Position numbers and translations under genes: made by a program. Positions 13,440 to 27,895 of a stretch of 64,000 bases of DNA are shown here, in pieces. Source of the stretch: Eledone cirrhosa (lineage: Eukaryota). Position 1 is the first letter of the stretch. Each line of letters opens with the position of its first letter. The stretch covers positions 379,502,001-379,566,000 of the forward strand of contig OZ024741.1 in NCBI GenBank assembly GCA_964016885.1, in the 5' to 3' direction. The notes below the pieces were generated by a model that was not told the origin of the DNA, did not search any database, and saw only the letters and a program-made list of their open reading frames with translations.

Positions 13440-15690
13440 GGCGACCTACGTAGGAAATCGTATTATCGTGAGCTCCACAAAGATTTGTTGTTTTCAGTTC
13501 TTTCAAATTGCCAGTTATGGAAAATATTTGTTTAAAGGGTTTAGCAATAGAGAAAAATAGAGCAGAGGGAGAACTAGTTAGAAAATTAGACGAGGCCCGA
13601 GTGGCGGAGGCGCGTCGTGAAAACAAAGCCACGATCCGGTCTTTTGTGTTCCACGACGGGCGTATGTGTGAAGATTTTCAGCGACACTTCGCTCAGCTGT
13701 TCGGGGGCAGCGGCGCGCCGGATCTGGTGATGGACTTTAGTGCCTACCTCGACGGACTGCCGCGACTCTCGCCCACTGAGGTGGAATGTTGCGAAAAGCC
13801 GATAACAGCCGCTGAAGTACGGGAGTCAATGACTGGCTGCACAAGGGGTAAATCGCCTGGTTTGAATGGTCTGCCGTATGAATGTATGTACAGAGGCCAG
13901 ACTTGTTCGGAGGCCTCTTAACGGACGTCTATTGCAACTGGCAACAGAACGGGAGAATTCCCAGCTCTGTAAGCCGAGGAGCGGTGGCGGTGCTGAGAAA
14001 GGATCCGAAGAAGGGGGATAACATAGATAATTTCAGACCTATAACTCTACTAAACACAGAGTTCAAGATTTTGGCCAAGATGCTAGTAAAGAGGTTGCCG
14101 CTTGTCGTTTGCTGTCTGGTGGGAGAGGCGCAGACATGCGCCATTCCCGACAGATCCATCCACGACAACTTCCACCTCATACGATACATCGTAGAGTGGG
14201 TAGCTAGGGAACCTGGCACGCGAGGGTCCTTGATCAATTTAGATCAGTCAAAAGCTTTTGATAGGGTCGACCATCGTTATCTGGCGGCATTCCTGAGGGC
14301 GGCTGGCTTTGGGCCCGTCTTCAGAGGCTGGATCGCTGCCATGCACAGCGACATCTGCTCGGTGGTGAGAGTGAACGGTCACCTTTCGGAACCGTTCAAA
14401 ATCATGAGCTCGGTCCGCCAAAGATGTCCCCTCTCGTCCTTTTTCTACTTATTGACACTCGAGCCCTTACTTAACAAACTGGAGATGTTGAGGGGGGTCC
14501 CGCGCGAACTAGGATGCGGGAGATCCGTGTCAGCATATGTGGACGATGAAACCGTAGTGGTGTCGAACGCCAAACACACCGAGGTGATCGGCACTACACT
14601 AAGAGAATACGAAGCGGTGACAGGAGCAATGATCAACCAGGAAAAGTCAGTAGGCCTGCAGCTCGGCACCTGAAGAGGCAGGACAATGCCACCCAACAGC
14701 GTCGCCAGGCGCTGGAGGGACGGACTGGGTAATTTGCTGTGGGTCTGGTTTGGTCCGAACCTCCAGACGGACAAAAACTGGGACGAGGTGACGAGCAGGA
14801 TGGCTTCTCTAACCCAGAGAGTGGAAGCTATCCCTGAAAGATCAAGCGGAGGTGGCTAACGCGTACATCGCATCCGTCATCTACTACAGCCTGACCGTCG
14901 TGCCTTGACCGAAGCCTCGACTGCGCTGGAGCGTTTGCTCTTTCGCTTTTTGTGGAAGGGACGTGCTCCGATGGTCAGGCGGTCCATCTGCTGTCAACAC
15001 CCGCTACGTGGAGGGCTGGGTTTTGCCTTGGCTGATGATGCGCAGACACGCGCTCAGGCTACGACATCTTCACCTCTTACTCGACGATGTCAGGTGTAGT
15101 CACCGTTTGGTAGACGCGTCTTTCCCCAGCTCGTCTCCTTAACGGAGCTGCAGTCCTGGATTAAGCGAATAGGGAGCGCTTGAAGACCGGAATGTCTTCA
15201 GGCGCTCACAGCCCTTGACCAATCGGGCAATGTGATCGGTGGAAACTCCAGCTTGGCGTTCTATAGAGGATTAGTGGAGGGGAAGTGCGACGACGTACTT
15301 GGGGAAACTCTAGGCGTCGACGAAAATCAACTAGCCAATGTCTTCGGAAGAAATTTCGGACCGGGGCCTATGGACAATTTCCAGAAATCCCTGGCCTGGC
15401 AGTGCTACCGAGGAGCTTTGCCAGTTCGGGATAAACTCTACAGGCATGGAGGTGTCGTAAGCCGAGCAGGTCCGAGATGCGCGCAGCGCCACGAAACCGT
15501 CCTGCACGCACTCGCCCAGTGACCGAGCATTGCTGACTTGTCGGTTTATGTCGAATACATGCTGTCGCGTGTAGGACGCATCCAGCTATCAGCTGATTCC
15601 ATCGTGAGGATTGCCCCGCCCTCTTCCTTTAGCCGGGAAGGGCAGCCACTTTTTATCTGCCATGGCAAAAGAGATTTCATGGTGGACGTG
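13440..15690 (+). mobile_element. Internally deleted L1/Tx1 LINE (5' UTR joined to ORF2 RT region)
   Basis: 13440-13535 matches the 5' end at 15958; GKSPGLNG, FRPITLLNTEFKI, DQSKAFDRV, SAYVDD; many stops. Confidence 0.88.
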
Positions 15691-15758
15691 TTATACTTTG
15701 TGTCATATCTTGTGGTTAAGAAAGGAAACATTATTATTATTTTTTTTTTTTTTGGAGG

Positions 15759-15957
15759 GGCGGTGAATTGGCAATATCGATTTAGAGTCGGACGCCATGC
15801 TTTGCAGCATAGTTACGTCCATTTACGATCTGAGTTCAAATCCCGCCGAGGTTAACTTTGCCTTTCATCCTTAAGGATCGATAAAATAAAGTACCAGTAA
15901 TGTACTGGCTAATTTGCTGGTCTTGTGCCAAAAGTAGAAACAATTATTATTATTATT
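15759..15957 (+). mobile_element. tRNA-derived SINE with Deu/Nin-like core
   Basis: A-box-like TGGCAATATCG, B-box GAGTTCAAATCCC, core GCCTTTCATCC..GATAAAATAAAGTACCAG, (TTA)n tail. Confidence 0.85.
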
Positions 15958-18900
15958 GGTTACCTACGTAGGAAATTGTATTAACGTGAACTCCACAAAA
16001 GTTTCTTCATTTCAGTTGTTTCAAATTGCCTGTTATAGAAAATTTTTGTTTTCAAGTGTTTACAGGTTCATATATGTTGGTTTCTGAAAAGGACACTCAA
16101 TGATATTGAGGACTTGACCCCAAAATTTAAACTTAATTTCTCAAACAAACATTTCTTGGAAAAAAAACAAACAAACATCGACAGCATTCGGCTACCCATA
16201 TCTGCTGACGGCAATTCTAACATAGCAACATCTCCCACCACCACCATTGTAAACTTTGCTACGGTTGCCAACACCGAAAACATTTTCGCGAACAGCAGTG
16301 GACATTATTTAGATTTGTCACGTGCAGACATGGATTTCCCGCCATAAGCAATGTCTACAGGCGTTAAAGCCGCCATCTCCACCACCACAATGTCAAAGAG
16401 TACATCCAACACCACTGATACCATCACCACCACCACCACACCAGCACCACCACATCCACAACTGAAACAAAAAACAAATTATTATCTCGTGATATCGAAA
16501 TGGATTCTCCCAAAATCGACTCTTCCACGCCGAATGCCACTGAAACCACCACCACCACCACCAGCAGCACAACAACAACTGAAACTAAAAATAATAATAA
16601 CTAAAATAACAATAAAATCAACAGCAACAACAGCAACAATAAGAATAACAACAACAGCATTAACACCAGCGCAAAACAAATTGTGTGTTTTGACAAAGCG
16701 ACAAACAAAAACCAAACGGTTGAGGTAAGCCAGCAAGAATTGAATGAAGCCAAGCGAATAGTACAGAAATATGGTTACAAGGTCATCCCCCCTCCGATCT
16801 AATACCATGGAGCATCGGCGCCTATGCACCGTATCATTTCGCACAATAAATATAAAAACACGCCGTGTGGAACGGGGATCCTAGATCCAAAACGTGTGTG
16901 GGCTCAAAAAACCCACATCAAACCTCGATAAAAATATGGAACCGTGGACGTGTACTTTGGAACCCCACAGGAAGCCAGAGAGCACTCTGTGGCCCCATTA
17001 AAATGTGACAAATTCACACTCGTCCCTAGCTATTGTGGTCAGAGTCTGGTATGGATCAAAGTGACCCAGGTTCCGTCGGCCATTGAAATTCCTTAATGGG
17101 CTAATGGCTGCCGTCCGCACCGACATAGAGGCCGACAAAAAGAAATCGAGTTGATCAAAGTAAAACAGGAGTAATGATCCGGATCTGGGATAGAGCTCCT
17201 CATCCAAGCGGACCAAAAAAACATACAGGAAATTCCAGAGGTGAAAATACCTCAATGACGGCAGCCACCTCACCGTAATCGTTAAGGGTAGAAGGCCTAG
17301 GAGTATCGTTTGTGGCGAAGTAACCCACCTAAAGGCCTTCTCTCCTCAGGCTAAATAGTTTAGGCCACCAGCAGCAGAAGTAGCAGCAACAACAGCAGCA
17401 ACTGTAGCAGCAACAGTAGCAAAACCAACACCACCACCACCACCACCACCCACCGCGCCAATTTAGCACCAGCACCTCCACCATCCACCAGACCACAACC
17501 CAAATGAACGCACGTGGAGGATTTTCCACTCCCCGACCTCTCACAACTGGAGACAGACTGTGACGACGAGGAGGAATGGGAAACTCTATCTGGAAAAAGG
17601 GAAAAAAAAGAAACCAGAAAAGAAACCACCTCCCTTCGCCCTCTCAAAATGCAGGGTGAAACAAACTAACAAAAAAGTTAAGACAACTATGCCACCACAC
17701 ACACCAGCATGAACAGCACCATCATCAATAACACCATCCCCACACCGTCATCACCAACACCACAAAAATCACCAACTAGTGAAAAAGAAACAAACCCACA
17801 ACAAACGCAAACAAAAGAAAGCAACCAAACCGATACACACTGCACAACATTAAATTTGAACAACAACCAATTATTACACTACATCCAACACAACACCAGC
17901 ATCTCAGATAAAGACTATACAACACCCCAAAAATTCTCACCACCCACACATACAAATCACTCACATCACACAGAAAACATACACAACACTAAAATTAAAA
18001 TTCCCCAAGGACATCGGAGTCTTCCGTCAAACACTTTCCAGTAGGATTTATAAAGATATCCTTCCGGTGGGGAGGGTGAAAGAGTGAGAAGGACGGAAAA
18101 AAACATCCTTCCTCTACAAGAAGTGAGGTAAGTGGTCTTTCCCAGCAGTAACAGCAGCAATAGCATTAACGAGAGAAACAACAATAACAACACTAGCAGC
18201 AGCAACAGTACAAACGAAAACAACAATGTCATAAATACCAGTAATAGTGATCTCAGCACGACCAGCAAGACCAGTAGCAGAAGTTGCGGCAGCAATAGCG
18301 GTGTCGCTGAAAAAGAGGCCACTTCGAAATGTCGAAAAAGTACTAGTCACGGAGAAGGGGATGGCAGTCGCAAGGGCCACGGTGACGAGAAATGCCAATC
18401 GTGTCTCCCTGAAACCTCCAACCGATTTTTTCAAGGACCAGCAGTTACGGGCGGTGACTTACCGCACTGTAAGCAAAATATCACATCTGGTGGAGAGGGC
18501 CACGGATACTCAAATCCAAAAGGCCTGGGCGCGCAAAACCCACATCACCGAAGCAAACTAATATACCACAGTAGACGTACATTTTGCCAGCCCCCAGAAG
18601 GCGAAGTTTCACTCTTTGATAACACTAAAGAGTGAGAAGATAGTCTTGATGCCGTCCTACTGCGGGCAGAATATTCAGAGGGTCAACGTGACCTAGGTCC
18701 CACCCGATGTGCCCATACTTTGGCTGGCCGCGTCTTTCCTTGCTAGAATCGAGGACAGGACGACCATGCTGCAAGTACAGAGAATAGGGAGGAGAACTGG
18801 TCAAGTATAGGCAAGCAAATGCTAACACAAACTGACCAGGAGTATATCGGAACTATCCCCGATATCATAGACCTCGAGGAAGGACTCCAACTCCCTATAA

Positions 18901-21900
18901 GCGTGGAAGGATGGCGCCTAAAATGCTATCTCTGTGGGTCAAAGGGTCACATCAGGGCCTTTTGCCTGCAGAAGACAACGAAGAAGAAGGCCCTCCTCCT
19001 CCCGATACAGCGGCAGCAGTGGGGGCAACACCAGTAGCTGCACCAGCAAGAAAATCGCCGGAGAGGGCTCCACTACCACCACCAAGAGCCGTAGAGCACA
19101 TACGACTCCCAGATGCCACGCAATCTGACATGGAGTCTGAGGCGGCAGTGTAGTGGCAAACGTCTGCCACAAAAAAAAAACAAAGAAATAATCCCTTAGC
19201 TTCGCCCTCCAAAAGCAAAGGCAAATGATGAGGGGTAAAGGCGACTCGAAGCAAAAGCCACAACAATGACCACCAGCATCACCACATAGCCAACAGCATT
19301 AACAAGAAAACAGTAAGAAAACCAAACCCCCCAAGAGACATTACACAGCCATAAACATGGCGAATAAAGAACTCTTAGAATATATACAGCAGCATACAGA
19401 CATTACAGGCAAATATTACTTCACTACGCCAAGATCAAGAACTTTGCTGAAAAATATAAACATTATTGAAATTAAAATAGAACATTATAAACATTTTTAA
19501 AAAAATAATTCCCCAACGCAGTTGGAGACTTCACAGGGTCGGTTGCCAAGAGGATATACACCGACATCATCTTGGAGACACCCATGACCAGCCAAAGGGA
19601 CGGTTCGACTGTCCCTTTCCCACAGGATCAGGGTAGGTGATTTTTTCTCACTTACTCCATTCCTCACCCAACATGGCCTTACTTAGAATAGCAGTATAAA
19701 TGTACGTGGCCTGTTGTCATCTTGGAAGCATCGATCCCAAGATCTCAAGTCACTAAACATAGATGTTGTGGCCATCAGCGAGATAAGAATTTCCGAAGCA
19801 CGAGATTTCGCACCGATCTTCAGCGGCTACGATGTATACGCACCTTCCAGCCATCCGGGAGCGGGGGGCCGAGTTGCTGTGCTTTTTCGGAGAGGCTTGG
19901 ATCTCTAATACGGGCGATCTTCCTGGACCCGGAAGTTAAGTCGATAGTAGTGGACGTGACAGGCAGCGAAGGCAATGCTTTCAGGCTAGTAGCCGTCTAC
20001 GCCCCAACAGGGGCAGGATGTCCAGATTTATTTAGACGTTTACAGACCTTTCTTAGAACGTCCCTCTCTTTAGTATTAGTGGGTAACTGGAACGGTATCT
20101 TAGATGCACGCTGGGATTATGTGGGGCTATTAAATAAGGGAGGAGGATGTAAAAATCTCACCAACCTGCTCAGACGTTTTCAGCTGTCTAACAGTTATCG
20201 ACTGGATTATCCGAATGTGCCAATGTGGACATGGGCAAACATCATCGGGTCATCAGGATCGAATCTATATAGGGTATTGTGTAGGGAAAAAGAAAAGAAT
20301 AGCGATGGTTGTCCATATTTGAAAGTATTCAACTACTCGGACCACACATGTGTAATCTGTGAAGTCGACTTAGATAGACTTCATAGGCAAGGACCCGGTT
20401 ATTGGAAGCTGAACGCATCTTTCTCGGTGCTCAAAGCTTACAGATCCGGATAAGCGAATTAGTTCAGCGTGCCTTGACGGGTGCGATCGTCAACAACAGG
20501 TGGAGGTTTACCCTGAAAAGAGCAATTAGAGTAGAATCGATAAAGTTTAGCAAAGGAGTAAAGATAGAGCAAAACAGAGTAGAAGGAGAGCTAGTCAGAA
20601 AGCTAGAAAAGGCGTTTAGGACAGGCATCGCAACCGACGTTCTTGCGGCGAGATTGGCACTCGACCAATTCTTCAAAGCAAAACACGAAGGCTGCGTTGT
20701 CAGAGCTAGATCGTGCGCTCTGAAACACGGGGGGACAAAAGCCATCCAATGTGCCCAGGTGGCAAAGGCGCGACGTGGCTTCAAAGCCGCAATTCGGTCT
20801 TTGTCTGACCAAAAGCGGTGCGTGTTGTTCGAACCCGAGCAGATGTGTGAAGCTTTTCAGCAGCACTTTGCCGTACTGTTCGGGAGCAGCGGCGGAGTAG
20901 GAGAGCTAGTTAGAAATCTAGAACAGGCGTTTAGGACAGGCATCGCAACAGACGTGCTTGCCCACAAGTTTCGCACTCGACCAATAATTCAATGCAACGC
21001 AGTGTGGCTGCGTTGTCAGAGCTAGAGCGCGTGCTATGAGACAAGAGGGGACACAAGCTGTCCAATGGGCCTAGGTGGTGGAGGACGACGTGGCAACAAA
21101 GCAGCAATTCAATCCTTTCCTGACCAAATCGGGCACATGTTACTCGAATCCGAGCAGATGTGTGAGACGTTTCAGCCGCACTGTGATCAACTGTTTGGGA
21201 GCGGGGGCGGTACAGATCGGAATATGAACTTTAGTGCATACCTCGAGGAACTGCCACAACTCTCGACAACGGCAGTGCAGTATTGCGAAAAGCCAATAAC
21301 AGAAGTTGAAATCCGGCAAGCGATGTTAAATGCCTCAGCGGTAAATCGCCAGGTTTGGCTGGTCTGCCATATGAGCTTTATGACTACATGCCAGACTTGT
21401 TCGGAGACCTCTTGGCAGGCATCTACTGAAACTGGCAGCAGGACGGGGGTATTCCCAGTTTTGTGAACTGGGGATCGGTGGCGCTGTTGAGAAAAGATCC
21501 GAACGAAGAGGAGGTTATAGACAACTTCAGGCCCATAACGCTGTTAAACACAGATTTCAAGATTTTAGCCTAGGTGTTAGCATCGAGATTGGCGTTTGCC
21601 GTCGGAAATCCGGTAGGAGAGGCGCAGACATGCGCCATTCCAGACAGAACCATCCACGACAACCTCTACCTCATGCGATACATCATAGATAGGGTGGTTA
21701 AGGAACCTGGAATGAGTGGGGGCCTGATAAACTTGGATCAATCCATGGTATTTGATAGGGTCGACCATCGGTACCAGGCGACATTCCCCGAGGCGGCAGG
21801 TTTCGGGCCCATTTTAAGGGGTTGGATCGCTGCGATGCACATCGACATCTGCTCATTTATGAAGGTGGACGGTCATCTGTCACATCCGTTCAGCATCATC

Positions 21901-23635
21901 CGCCAGAGTTGTCACCTCTCATCTCTCTTGTACGTATTGTCCCTAGAGCCGTTACTGCACAAATTGGAGGTGATGAGAGACGTCCCACGCGAACGGAGAT
22001 GTGGGAGGTTTGTATTGGCTTACGCCGACGACCACACCGTGGTAGTGTCAAGCACCGGACATGTCCAGATGCTCGGCACCGCTCTCAAGGAATATACAGC
22101 AGTGACAGGAGCAAAGTTAAACCAGGAAAAGTCTGTAGGATTGAAGCTCGGCACCTGGAGAGGCATGTCCATGCCGCCCGACAGTGTCGTGGGGCACTGG
22201 ACGGAAGGACCGGTTAAATTGCTAGGGGTCTGGTTCGGTCCGGACCGCCAGATGGAGGAAAACTGGAGCGAGGTGACGAACAGGGTTGCCTCTCTCACCC
22301 AGAAATGGGCTGAGAGGAAGCTGTCCTTGAAGGTCGGGTAGAGGTGGCGAATGCTTTCATCGCATCCGTCATCTTCTACCGCCTAACCGTTGTGCCTGCC
22401 CAGCACAACTCTGACAAAAAGGGAGCGCCTTCTCTTCGGCTTGTTATGGAAGGGACGTGCTCCCATGGTCAGGCGATCCATCTGCTGTCAACACCCGTTC
22501 CGAGGAGGGCTGGGCATGCCGTGGCTGATGATGTGCAAGCACGTGCTGAGGCTGCGATATTTCTGATATTTCCTTGACGGTGAACAGATGTGGTCATCGT
22601 CTGGCAGACGTATTTTTCCCTAGGTGTCTCATTAACGGTGGATCAGGTAAAGACGGAAGGATAGCGCTTGGAATCTGGAAAGTTTCCAAGCGCTCACAGC
22701 CTTCTACCAGCTATGCACTAGTATTGGTGGAACATACACCTCGGCGTTCTATAGAGAACTAGTGGAGGGAAAGTGTGGCGACGTTCTCGGAGAGAACCTG
22801 GGCGTCGAAGTCGACCAGCTGTACGCTCTTTTCAAGAGAACTTTCAGACCGGGGCCTATGGACAAGTTCTAGAAATCCCTGGCCTGGCAATGCCACCGGG
22901 GAGCGTTGCCTGTTCGAGATAAGCTCTACAGGCACCGAAGTGCCGTCAGCCGAACCTGTCCGAGATGTCCACAGGGCGACGAAACCGTTTTGCACGCACT
23001 CGTTCAGTTTCCGAGTATTGTTCACTTGTGGGGCTATGTCGAACATTTTCTGTCACGTGTAGGACGGATCCTGTTATCGACTGAGTCCATTGTGCAGATA
23101 GCCCCGCCGTCCTCCTTTAAGGGGTAGGAAGGGCAGGAAGTTTTCATCTGCCTGGTGGCCATGGCGAAAGAGATTGTATGGTGGACAAGGTTGAAAGGAT
23201 TGAAGACGGACACTTTCCTCTTCGGCTAATCCCTGATTATATTTTTCAAGTTTCACTTGAAGAGGAAAATCAGGGTGGAGATGCAAGTTTTTTCTTCTAG
23301 TAAGTTTGCTGAAAGGTGGGTGAAGGTGGCGAGTCTGGTCCGAGGAAACGGGCCCGCTCTGAATATGCGCCTGTAGACTGTGATGTGGATAGCTGAAAGA
23401 GGGCGCTTGCCCTGGTGGTCAAAGTGGTTGTGTTCTTTTGTGTGGTTTTATCCACGAATGACCCTTGGAAGTTTCCCCCTATTGAGGAATTTTTGTTCTT
23501 TGAATATTTTTGATATTTCTACCCTCATGTTATAACCTTTTTTAAACGGCCAAAATCCATTTCGCATCGTCCTGTACGGTTCTGTGCGCTCTGTATTGTT
23601 TTTCTTCATGTTAGCCCTTGTGGCCAATAAATGAA
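15958..23635 (+). mobile_element. Near full-length degenerate L1/Tx1 LINE: two ORF1-like regions, ORF2 (APE, RT, zinc knuckle)
   Basis: ORF1 knuckle RLKCYLCGSKGH; ORF2 from ~19673 with NVRGL, AVYAP, GNWN, SDH, GYWKLN, DQSMVFDRV, AYADD, CPRC..DETVLH; AATAAA plus (TTA)n. Confidence 0.9.
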
Positions 23636-23655
23636 ATCATTATTATTATTATTAT

Positions 23656-23871
23656 TGGAATGGCAGTATCAGTAGAAGGTTGGACGCCATGCTTTTCAGC
23701 ATACAATTATGACCCTTTACGGTGTGAATTCAAATCCCGCCGGTGTTAGCTTTGCCCTTCATCCCTACGCGGTCGATAAAATAAAGTACCAGTCACGCAC
23801 TGGGGTCAATTTCATCGACGTTTCCCTCCCCCAAAATTGCTGGCTTTGTGCCTATATAAGAAACTATTATT
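23656..23871 (+). mobile_element. tRNA-derived Deu/Nin-core SINE
   Basis: Homologous to 15759-15957. Confidence 0.82.
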
Positions 23872-25379
23872 ATAAATGTTGTAGTTGTTGTTATTTTAAA
23901 TTATATCATGTATATACTGTTTTTATCATAAGTAAATTATAAGTTCAAGACTTTTATCGAACAGGCCGTTTCGTCAGGGGACTGGCTTGTCCATATAAGG
24001 GCATAAGCTATCCATCTAAGTGTAAATGCTCTTCATTGGATGTTAAAGAAACGTGTTAAAAAATTCACTATATTTTATCTATACCTCTATATAAACATAT
24101 ATGCTTTTAACTCAATTTAGGGAATGGTTACGTGTGTGGGTTTGTAGCTGCACATGCGTGTGCATGTATGTGTGGGTATATGTGCACATCGCTGTCTGTA
24201 TCTGTCAGTACCTATGTGGGACTGAGTGAGTTTGTATTTATCGACTGATATATGTGGGAGATATATGTATGAGTGTTAGTAAGCATGTCATTCGGATTTT
24301 ATATGATCGAAGAAAACATAGTCGCTTCATTTCAGTCATCAGAGCCAGAGAATTGATGCCACGCCATGATGATGGAGCTGCTTGATCAAAGAATATCTCA
24401 TCGCACATTTATATTTTTTTTTATATCCTTCAACAGAAGAACCTATTGTTAAGTTATCTCAAAAGATCACAGATCAGCTGGTCGTTATTACGATTGTTGT
24501 TGTATCGCATGTGTTTTTGTTGAAATTCTTCTCGTTGAACCTGTCACTGGTTGTTAAGCTACACTTAATTTATCTTACATTACGAGCAGATGTATACATT
24601 TTTACAAACTTCTAACTGAAATGTGATTTTGTACTACGGCGTTAAATACGTGTGTGTATATATCGATGCGTATCTGTATATATCGCACATAATATACTTG
24701 ATGTATGTGTGTTTGTTCCTGCCAAGATGGGGTTTTGTGGGATGTGGTGATGATACTTTATGTATTTGTTGTGAAAGAGAGAGGTTGGGTGGAAATTGTG
24801 ATTTAATCGTTATGCAGTATAGTGCGTATGTACCTACGTGTGTTTTACTCGCGAACGATTAGTTATTGATAGATCGGTAATGACATACCTGGCTGAATGT
24901 TGGCGTTTTAATGCCATTGGTGTTGTGGTTCGAATATATTTGGGCGTTATTCTCAATGACTTACGAAGTGGATGCCCTGCTTGGGTTGTTGTGTATTGGG
25001 CTGGTTATTTGCAGGCGAGAGGTAGAGTTATGTTTATGGTCTGGAATGATGCTATCGTTATGTATACATGGGCGCGTCAACTGAGGTGTTATGAAAGCGC
25101 TGGATCTGGGTGTCTATCTGGGCGATGCCTATCGGTGAGTTTTGGGTGGTGTCATGTTCGAGTGCCCATATGTACTGTGTGGATCTAGGTGTGCGTCTGC
25201 CGGTGTGGAGGCATAATTATGTGTGCCAAAAAAAAGTGTGTGAATCTAGAGCTGCATATGCTTGTGTGTGTGTGTTCAAAATGTATTTAGGGAAAATAGT
25301 CTGGATCGTAAGAAGGTCTGAAGTTCAGTATGATTTGTAAATGCTGTGTTTGAACGAAGTCATGAGTTCATCATTATAG

Positions 25380-25678
25380 TGGATTGGCAGTATCGGTAGA
25401 GGGTCGGATCCATGCTTTGATGCATAGAGTTACGGCCCTTGCCATTCTGAGTTCAAATCCCGCCGAGATTAACTTTGCCTTTCATCCTTACTGGGTCGAT
25501 AAAATAAAGTACCAGTAATACACTGGTTAATTGCTGGCCGTGTGCCAAAAGTAGAAACAATTATTATTATTTAGTCGCCGAGGTTAACTTTGCTTTTCAT
25601 CCTTATGGGGTCGATAAAATAAAGTACCAGTAATGTAGTGGGTAATTGCTGGCCTTGTGCCTACATAGAAACAATTAT
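25380..25678 (+). mobile_element. SINE plus tandem 5'-truncated SINE copy (25575-25678)
   Basis: B-box, Deu/Nin core present twice, TTA tails. Confidence 0.82.
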
Positions 25679-26222
25679 TTAGTAGTTATTCATTGGCCAA
25701 CAAAACCCACATACACACAAGCGTATTAAATACCATATACACCCAAAATGCGTACACACCCACATGCATTTTGTCTACATAGTACGATAACTCATCTAAA
25801 TAAATATATTTAAATATAAAACCGTAGGTTAAGGTATTCTAAATAATTTGCAAAATAAAAAAAATCAACAGAGAGAACAATTACACTAACTAAAAACGCA
25901 CATTCTAACTTACATAGAAACTAACGACAACATTATGCCTTTTATATTGCAGAATAAATAAATGATAATTATGAACACCACATATCTCATTCACAAGCAA
26001 TGCAAAATATATCATCACGACCTCTCTCCCACAAACACCCGTACACTTGTAACTAGCCACAGACACACGCACATTTCTAATTAGCCACAAACCTACATAC
26101 ATACAAGCACAATAATTGCCATATACACATTTTCGAACACAGAACTTTTTCACACATACGCATTTGACTAGACATAATCTAAATTAAAAGGTTTTTTAAA
26201 TCGTATACATCTGCCCATACAA

Positions 26223-27351
26223 TCTCTCTATATATAACATTCTTTGTCTCTCTGTTTCTCTGTTTCTCTGTCTATCTGTCCGTTCCTATGCATTCTCAAA
26301 CGGCTCGACCAAATCAGATCAAATGTTACAAGGCAATAGTATTAGATTCCGGGAGTGTTAACATGTAATTTTCATTTTCATTTGGATTAAAACAATATAA
26401 CATCTTAACTAAAATAATATTTCTAAGTATAGTAAACTACCACTACAACCACCACCACGTCACATTTTGTATATGAGTGTGTATGTGTCTGTGAGTGTGT
26501 GTATGTGTTTGTGAGTTTGTTACATATGTTAGACCTCAGAGAATTAAACACACCCACACATGTCTACACATACATCTAGCCTTAGTATTTGCATACACAT
26601 AATCTTCACACACAGAGAATTAAACACACACACACACACACATACTCACATCTACACATACATGTACATACGTTTTGACAGACAAGTAATAGATGTACGT
26701 GAATGTATGTCTGTGTGTGTCTCTCTTAGTGTATGTGTGTGAGTGTATGTGAGAGTGTATGTATGTGAGTGTATGTGTGTGTGACTGTGTGTGCGAGTGT
26801 ATGTGTGTGTAAGTGTATGTGTGTGAGTGTATGTGTGATAATTTTTACATTCATTTGGATTAAAACAATAGAAAACAACACGACGACGTTACATTTTGTA
26901 TATGAATATGAATGTGTCTGTGAGTGTGTGTGTGTGTGTGCGTGTGTGTGTGTGCATCCATTAGATATGTTATTAAATACACACACACATGTAAACATAC
27001 ACAGTATATGGCAACTGACAAAAAAATGAGGTGTAAGCTATGCGTGTGTCTGAGTGGATGTATGTCTATCTTAGTATATGTATCTGAGTGTATGTGAGAG
27101 TGTATATGTGTGCGAGTGTCTAGCAACACTTTATTCATTTGGACACCAACAAAAAATGACACAATGAATATTGTTTACCTTCAAAATTCAAAGATTTTCA
27201 TTTCTAAATTAAAATTGTTTATATTTTATTTTTTTAAATATAAATATTTTGAAACAATTATAAGAATAATAAAAACATATCATCATAATTATGGTTTACT
27301 AATCTGAAAAAGAAAAGCAGCAACCCCGGCAGCGCCGGGTAATTCACCTAG
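26223..27351 (+). mobile_element. Non-autonomous Helitron/Helentron-type element
   Basis: 5' TCTCTATATATA plus tctg microsatellite; 3' hairpin CCCGGC-agc-GCCGGG followed by CTAG. Confidence 0.6.
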
Positions 27352-27419
27352 CGCAGGATAAATTAAGTGTTAGCTTAACAACCAGTAACAGATGCAACAA
27401 AAATAATTCATACTAAGAA

Positions 27420-27750
27420 CGCACCCGAAATAACAACAACGTAATACCGACCACCTGATCGGTGATCTTTTGAGATATCTAAACAATAGGTTCTGTTGAC
27501 TGATAAACACAATTTATCAATGTCTGCGTAACACACATCACACAACACACAACAACAAGATGGTGTAGGATGGAAAAAATGAATGGCATAAAATAAAAGA
27601 AAACCTGTCATTGACAAGGTCACAGAATGTGTGACGAAAGAGCTTTGACAATATATAAACAAATCAACCGGACAGTTATAGTTAATAGAAGTAAAACCAA
27701 CAGGTGTGTGTGTTCTTGTTGGTAGCATGACACTCCCAAAGTATAACAAT
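27420..27750. repeat. Dispersed non-coding repeat family (also ~41700-41900 and 52468-52975)
   Basis: Shared acacaacacac..aacaagatgg..gaatgtrtgacgaaag..ctttgacaa; terminus ..cccaa(a)gtataac next to AT. Confidence 0.6.
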
Positions 27751-27790
27751 ATATATATACAGAGAGAGGGAGAGAGAGTGAGAGAGAGAG

Positions 27791-27895
<105 letters not shown>

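Noticed and set aside
15759-15850. tRNA gene
   Set aside because: Pol III boxes belong to a SINE head; no cloverleaf
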